Below are positions 62,726-64,000 of a stretch of DNA of 64,000 nt, piece by piece (position 1 is the first letter of the stretch; every line of letters starts with the position of its first letter). The notes under the pieces are model-generated. The model saw only the letters and a list, made by a program, of their open reading frames with translations. It was not told where the DNA came from and did no database searches. The stretch is taken from NCBI GenBank assembly GCA_963846575.1, contig CAWJWJ010000002.1:544001-608000 (forward strand). The letters are read 5' to 3'. The translations under genes were made by a program, and so were the position numbers. This DNA is from an uncultured Nitrospiraceae bacterium (GTDB lineage: Bacteria > Nitrospirota > Nitrospiria > Nitrospirales > Nitrospiraceae).

Positions 62726-64000
62726 ATGAAAATTCCGCGACGCCACTATAACGATCTCTACGGCCCGACTGCCGGCGATCGCATACGCCTGGCCGATACA
62801 GATCTGCTGGTTGAAATCACGCGCGATCTGACCGTGCCGGGTGAGGAGGCGAAGTTCGGCGGCGGCAAGGTCATTCGTGACGGCATGGGCCAATCGCCGG
62901 CTGCCACCCGGGCGAACGGCGCGCTCGATGTCGTGATCACCAATGCCATCATCATCGACTGGTGGGGCGTGGTGAAGGCCGACATCGGGATTCGCGATGG
63001 ACGAATCGCGGGAATCGGGAAGGCGGGAAACTCCGATCTGATGGACGGCGTGACACAGGGCATGGAAATCGGGCCCTGCACGGAGGTGTTGTCGGCGGAA
63101 GGGAAAATCATCACGGCCGGCGGGATCGATTCGCACATCCATTTCATCTGTCCGCAAATCATCACCGAGGCGCTGGCCAACGGACTGACGACGTTGATCG
63201 GTGGCGGGACCGGCCCGGCCACCGGCACCAAGGCGACGACCTGCACGCCCGGACCCTGGAACATACATCGCATGCTGGAGGCGGCGGACGGCTTCCCGAT
63301 CAATCTCGGTTTTCTGGGCAAAGGGAATTCGTCACTGCCCGAGGGGTTGAATGAACAGGTGGAGGCGGGCGTCATCGGGTTGAAGCTGCATGAAGACTGG
63401 GGGACGACGCCGGCCGCCATCGATACCTGCTTGAGCGTGGCGGAGCGGTATGACGTGCAGGTGGCGATCCACACCGATACGATCAACGAGGCCGGCTTTG
63501 TCGAGGACACGATCAGGGCGTTTAAGGGCCGGACGATTCACTCGTTCCATACTGAAGGCGCCGGCGGGGGACATGCTCCCGACATCATCAAAGTTTGCGG
63601 CGAGGCGAACGTGTTGCCTTCCTCGACCAATCCCACCATGCCCTTCACGGTCAATACGATGGATGAACATCTGGACATGTTGATGGTCTGTCACCATCTG
63701 AATCCGCGGGTGCCGGAAGACATCGCGTTTGCCGAGTCGCGTATCCGGCGGGAAACGATCGCAGCGGAGGATATTCTGCACGACATGGGGGCGATCAGCA
63801 TCATGTCGTCCGACTCTCAGGCGATGGGGCGGGTGGGCGAGGTCATCATCCGCACCTGGCAGACGGCGCATAAAATGAAAGTACAGCGGGGGCACCTGTC
63901 GGAGCGCGGCATCGACCGGCAGGATGGTCAGCATGACAACTGGCGCGCGCGGCGTTACGTGGCGAAATATACGATCAATCCCGCGATCGCCCACGGGGTG
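62726..64000 (+). CDS. ureC: Urease alpha (catalytic) subunit, runs off the window end
   Basis: Not in ORF track (no stop in window). [83 protein letters not shown]. Confidence 0.99.
   Translation, partial: MKIPRRHYNDLYGPTAGDRIRLADTDLLVEITRDLTVPGEEAKFGGGKVIRDGMGQSPAATRANGALDVVITNAIIIDWWGVVKADIGIRDGRIAGIGKAGNSDLMDGVTQGMEIGPCTEVLSAEGKIITAGGIDSHIHFICPQIITEALANGLTTLIGGGTGPATGTKATTCTPGPWNIHRMLEAADGFPINLGFLGKGNSSLPEGLNEQVEAGVIGLKLHEDWGTTPAAIDTCLSVAERYDVQVAIHTDTINEAGFVEDTIRAFKGRTIHSFHTEGAGGGHAPDIIKVCGEANVLPSSTNPTMPFTVNTMDEHLDMLMVCHHLNPRVPEDIAFAESRIRRETIAAEDILHDMGAISIMSSDSQAMGRVGEVIIRTWQTAHKMKVQRGHLSERGIDRQDGQHDNWRARRYVAKYTINPAIAHGV

Noticed and set aside
1..64000. CRISPR arrays, rRNA, IS elements, prophage
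   Set aside because: No regularly spaced repeats, rRNA-like sequence, transposase or phage genes seen.

Overview
Core-genome window from a Gram-negative bacterium, probably Nitrospira (Nitrospirota). That assignment is inferred from gene order and protein style only. Left to right: the 5' part of an alpha-glucan phosphorylase (minus strand, cut by the window edge), two unknown proteins, a UvrD/PcrA helicase, then the translation/transcription supercluster (tRNA-Tyr/Gly/Thr, tuf, rpmG, tRNA-Trp, secE, nusG, rplKA, rplJ-rplL, rpoBC, str, a second tuf, S10, spc and alpha operons). This is followed by lptCAB-rpoN-hpf-rapZ, a small MerR-type HTH gene plus pilMNOPQ, aroB, a GAF-GAF-ANTAR regulator, a divergent lipoprotein and a urea-utilisation operon (porin, urtABCDE, lipoprotein, ureABC, cut by the window end). 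Most notable: (1) the urea operon leader has two ANTAR-type hairpins (loops AACGCC and AATGAC), the second overlapping a strong intrinsic terminator, about 1.1 kb downstream of a one-component GAF-GAF-ANTAR gene, which suggests an RNA antitermination switch for urea uptake and urease. (2) rplJ has no stop codon and runs in frame into rplL, which keeps its own SD and ATG. (3) Upstream of ureC and rpmG the best Shine-Dalgarno sequence is separated from the start codon by a long hairpin. (4) There are two apparently identical tuf copies with a non-canonical switch I loop. No CRISPR array, rRNA, integrase or transposase was seen.
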